A stretch of 62,728 nucleotides of DNA from NCBI GenBank assembly GCA_964401845.1, contig CAYOAD010000002.1:1-62728 (forward strand), read 5' to 3'. The notes under the pieces are model-generated. The model worked only from the letters and a program-made list of their open reading frames with translations. It was not told the origin of the DNA and ran no database searches. Positions 60,954 to 62,728 of this stretch are shown piece after piece (position 1 is the stretch's first letter; every line of letters begins with the position of its first letter). This DNA comes from an uncultured Rhodospirillaceae bacterium. GTDB taxonomy: Bacteria; Pseudomonadota; Alphaproteobacteria; UBA2966. A program made the translations under genes and the position numbers.

Positions 60954-62150
60954 CTATTGGTGGTCGCGCAGGCCGAGAACCTGCTTGGCGACGACGTTGG
61001 TGTTGATCTCGGAGGTGCCGCCCTCGATGGAATTGCCCTTGGAGCGCAGCCACTGCCGGGTCGTGGACACCTCCTCCTCCGAGAAGCCCTCGCCCTCCCA
61101 ACCGAGGCCTTGGGTGCCCATGGCCTCGATCATCAGTTCCAGGCGTTCCTGATTGATCTTGGCGCCGTAACTCTTGAACATCGATGACGCCGCGTTGGGG
61201 CCGGAGCCCGCCTCGGCCTCCGCCGCCGTGCGTTTGAGCGTGAGATCAAATCCCAGGGCATCCATGCGGTGGGCGGCGATGCGGTCACGTAAACTACCGT
61301 CCGCCAGCTTGCCGTCCGCGCCGGTGCCGAGGTATTCCTTGGCGACCTCCTCCAGCGTCATGATGTTGGAGGAGCCGGTCACCGCACCGAAGCTCGAGAT
61401 CGCCGTGCGTTCGAACTGCAGCAGCCGCTTGGCGATGGTCCAGCCCTTGTTGACCTCGCCCACCAGGTTGGCCTGCGGTACGCGAACGTCGGTGAAAAAG
61501 GTTTCGCAGAACGGCGAGGAGCCGGAGATCAGTTGGATCGGCCGCGTCTCGACGCCGGGTGAGGCCATGTCGAACAGAATGAAGCTGATGCCGTCGTGCT
61601 TGGTCGTGGTGTCGGTGCGGACCAGGCAGAAAATCCAATCGGCCTTGTCGGCATAGGACGTCCAGACTTTCTGACCGTTAATGATGTAGTCGTCGCCGTC
61701 CTCGACGCACTTGGTCTGAAGGCCGGCGAGGTCCGACCCCGCTCCGGGCTCGGAATAGCCCTGGCACCAGCGGATTTCACCGCGGGCGATTTTGGGCAGG
61801 TGCTCCTTCTTCTGGTCCTCGTTGGCGAACTCCAGCAGTGCCGGGCCAAGCATCCAGATGCCGAAGCTGAACAAGGCCGGCCGCGCATTGATGCGGGCCA
61901 ATTCCTCCTGCAAGACCTCGTTTTCGTCTTTGGTCAACCCGCCGCCGCCGTACTCGGCGGGCCACATCGGCACGGTCCAGCCCTTTGCCCCCATACGCTC
62001 CAGCCAGACCTCGGCATCGGGGTGGGGGAATTCGGGATTGCGGCCGCCCCAGACGATGTCGTTCTCGCCCATCGGTACGCGCATGGCCTCGGGGCAGTTC
62101 TCCTCGAGCCAGGCCCGCGTCTCCGTCCGGAACGTTTCCAAGTCAGCCAT
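60954..62150 (-). CDS. acyl-CoA dehydrogenase family protein (catalytic-type subunit)
   Basis: WCQGYSEPGAGSDLAGL, INGQKVWTSYA, C-terminal NSIEGGTSEINTNVVAK carrying the usual catalytic Glu position. Confidence 0.9.
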   Translation of the reverse strand: MADLETFRTETRAWLEENCPEAMRVPMGENDIVWGGRNPEFPHPDAEVWLERMGAKGWTVPMWPAEYGGGGLTKDENEVLQEELARINARPALFSFGIWMLGPALLEFANEDQKKEHLPKIARGEIRWCQGYSEPGAGSDLAGLQTKCVEDGDDYIINGQKVWTSYADKADWIFCLVRTDTTTKHDGISFILFDMASPGVETRPIQLISGSSPFCETFFTDVRVPQANLVGEVNKGWTIAKRLLQFERTAISSFGAVTGSSNIMTLEEVAKEYLGTGADGKLADGSLRDRIAAHRMDALGFDLTLKRTAAEAEAGSGPNAASSMFKSYGAKINQERLELMIEAMGTQGLGWEGEGFSEEEVSTTRQWLRSKGNSIEGGTSEINTNVVAKQVLGLRDHQ

Positions 62151-62152
62151 CT

Positions 62153-62728
62153 TCAGCCTCCCGCCTTCATCGCCTGTTCAATGAATTTCTGCGTCTGTTC
62201 AGCGCCGTTCTTGAGGTCCATGGCGCCGGTCTCGTCGCAAATCTTCTCCCAACTGGCGGCCACGTCTTCCGGCGCCGCGTTGGCGCCCAAGTGTACACCC
62301 ATGGTTTCACGAACCACTGCCTTGGCAAATCCGCCCGCGGCGGCGCAGAGGATCTCTCCCGAGGGCGCATCATCGGACACCAGAAACATGACGCCGGGGG
62401 TGACATTTTCTGGGCCCAGCAGGCCGTGAACGGCGTCGGGGATCAGATCCTCCGTCATGCGCGTTAGCGCCGCCGGTGAGATCGTGTTGACCCGGATGCC
62501 GTACTTGGCGCCTTCAATTTCCAGGGTGTTCATCAGACCGACGACCCCCGCCTTGGCGGCGGCGTAGTTGGCCTGTCCGAAGTTGCCGTAGAGCCCCGTC
62601 GAGGACGTCGTCATGACGATGCGGCCGTACTCCTGTTCCTTCATCAACGGCCAGACCGCCATGGAACAGTTTACCGATCCCATGAGATGAACCTCGATGA
62701 CCTTGCGGAAATCGTTGATCGCCATTTT
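62153..62728 (-). CDS. SDR family oxidoreductase (hydroxyacyl-CoA-dehydrogenase-like); N-terminal part lies beyond the window edge
   Basis: The translation starts mid-domain (FRKVIEVHLMGS...TTSSTGLYGNFGQANYAAAKAG = S...YxxxK). The Gly-rich cofactor motif that should lie ~100 aa upstream is missing, so the ATG at 62725 is probably internal. Confidence 0.8.
   Translation of the reverse strand, partial: KMAINDFRKVIEVHLMGSVNCSMAVWPLMKEQEYGRIVMTTSSTGLYGNFGQANYAAAKAGVVGLMNTLEIEGAKYGIRVNTISPAALTRMTEDLIPDAVHGLLGPENVTPGVMFLVSDDAPSGEILCAAAGGFAKAVVRETMGVHLGANAAPEDVAASWEKICDETGAMDLKNGAEQTQKFIEQAMKAGG

Noticed and set aside
1-62728. Search of the whole window for CRISPR arrays, rRNA or tRNA genes, IS elements, integrases, phage modules, toxin-antitoxin pairs or known defence-system genes.
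   Set aside because: I found no regularly spaced repeats, no conserved rRNA or tRNA sequence blocks, no transposase, recombinase or DDE-like ORFs, and no small paired ORFs of TA type. The novelty candidates here are metabolic and regulatory, not mobile or defensive.

Overview
This is a visibly GC-rich segment (GC not computed), with strong G/C bias at codon position 3 and many long antisense shadow ORFs. It looks proteobacterial, probably alphaproteobacterial-type, from a chromosome or chromid.

Content: about 55 protein-coding genes, almost all catabolic enzymes, transporters and regulators. They sit in short, tightly coupled operons with many ATGA, GTGA and TGATG stop/start overlaps. I recognise no rRNA, tRNA, CRISPR array, transposase, integrase, phage gene or known defence gene.

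Edge genes: two genes run off the window edges and are absent from or truncated in the ORF track. These are an LLM oxidoreductase at 1-896 and an SDR at 62153-62728.

Broken genes:
- A Tat-exported amidase has lost 1 nt in a G-run inside its GGSSGGS signature.
- A TorT-like periplasmic binding protein is interrupted twice by compensating frame changes. It sits directly upstream of a 1349-aa CHASE/PAS hybrid histidine kinase.

Non-coding structure:
- One MITE-like nested-hairpin element (21663-21743).
- A perfect 33-bp-arm, AT-cored palindrome that exactly fills a convergent gene gap (32860-32932).
- A terminator-like hairpin plus T7 inside the 5' leader of a DMT transporter gene, next to a TetR-operator-like palindrome.
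- Several further hairpins and direct repeats.

Best candidates for undescribed biology:
1. A five-gene operon of TetR, a 486-aa enolase-superfamily protein, Gfo/Idh/MocA, DUF993 and a TIM-barrel protein.
2. An operon led by a molybdopterin-hydroxylase large subunit, with no FeS or FAD subunit genes but with nitroreductase-, epimerase- and GNAT-like genes.
3. An SLC13(TrkA-C) permease, psuK, psuG and MetE-like operon.
4. An epimerase, choline-kinase-like and YiiX-like hydrolase operon.

All functional calls come from my own motif-level reading of the translated ORFs. None comes from a database search.
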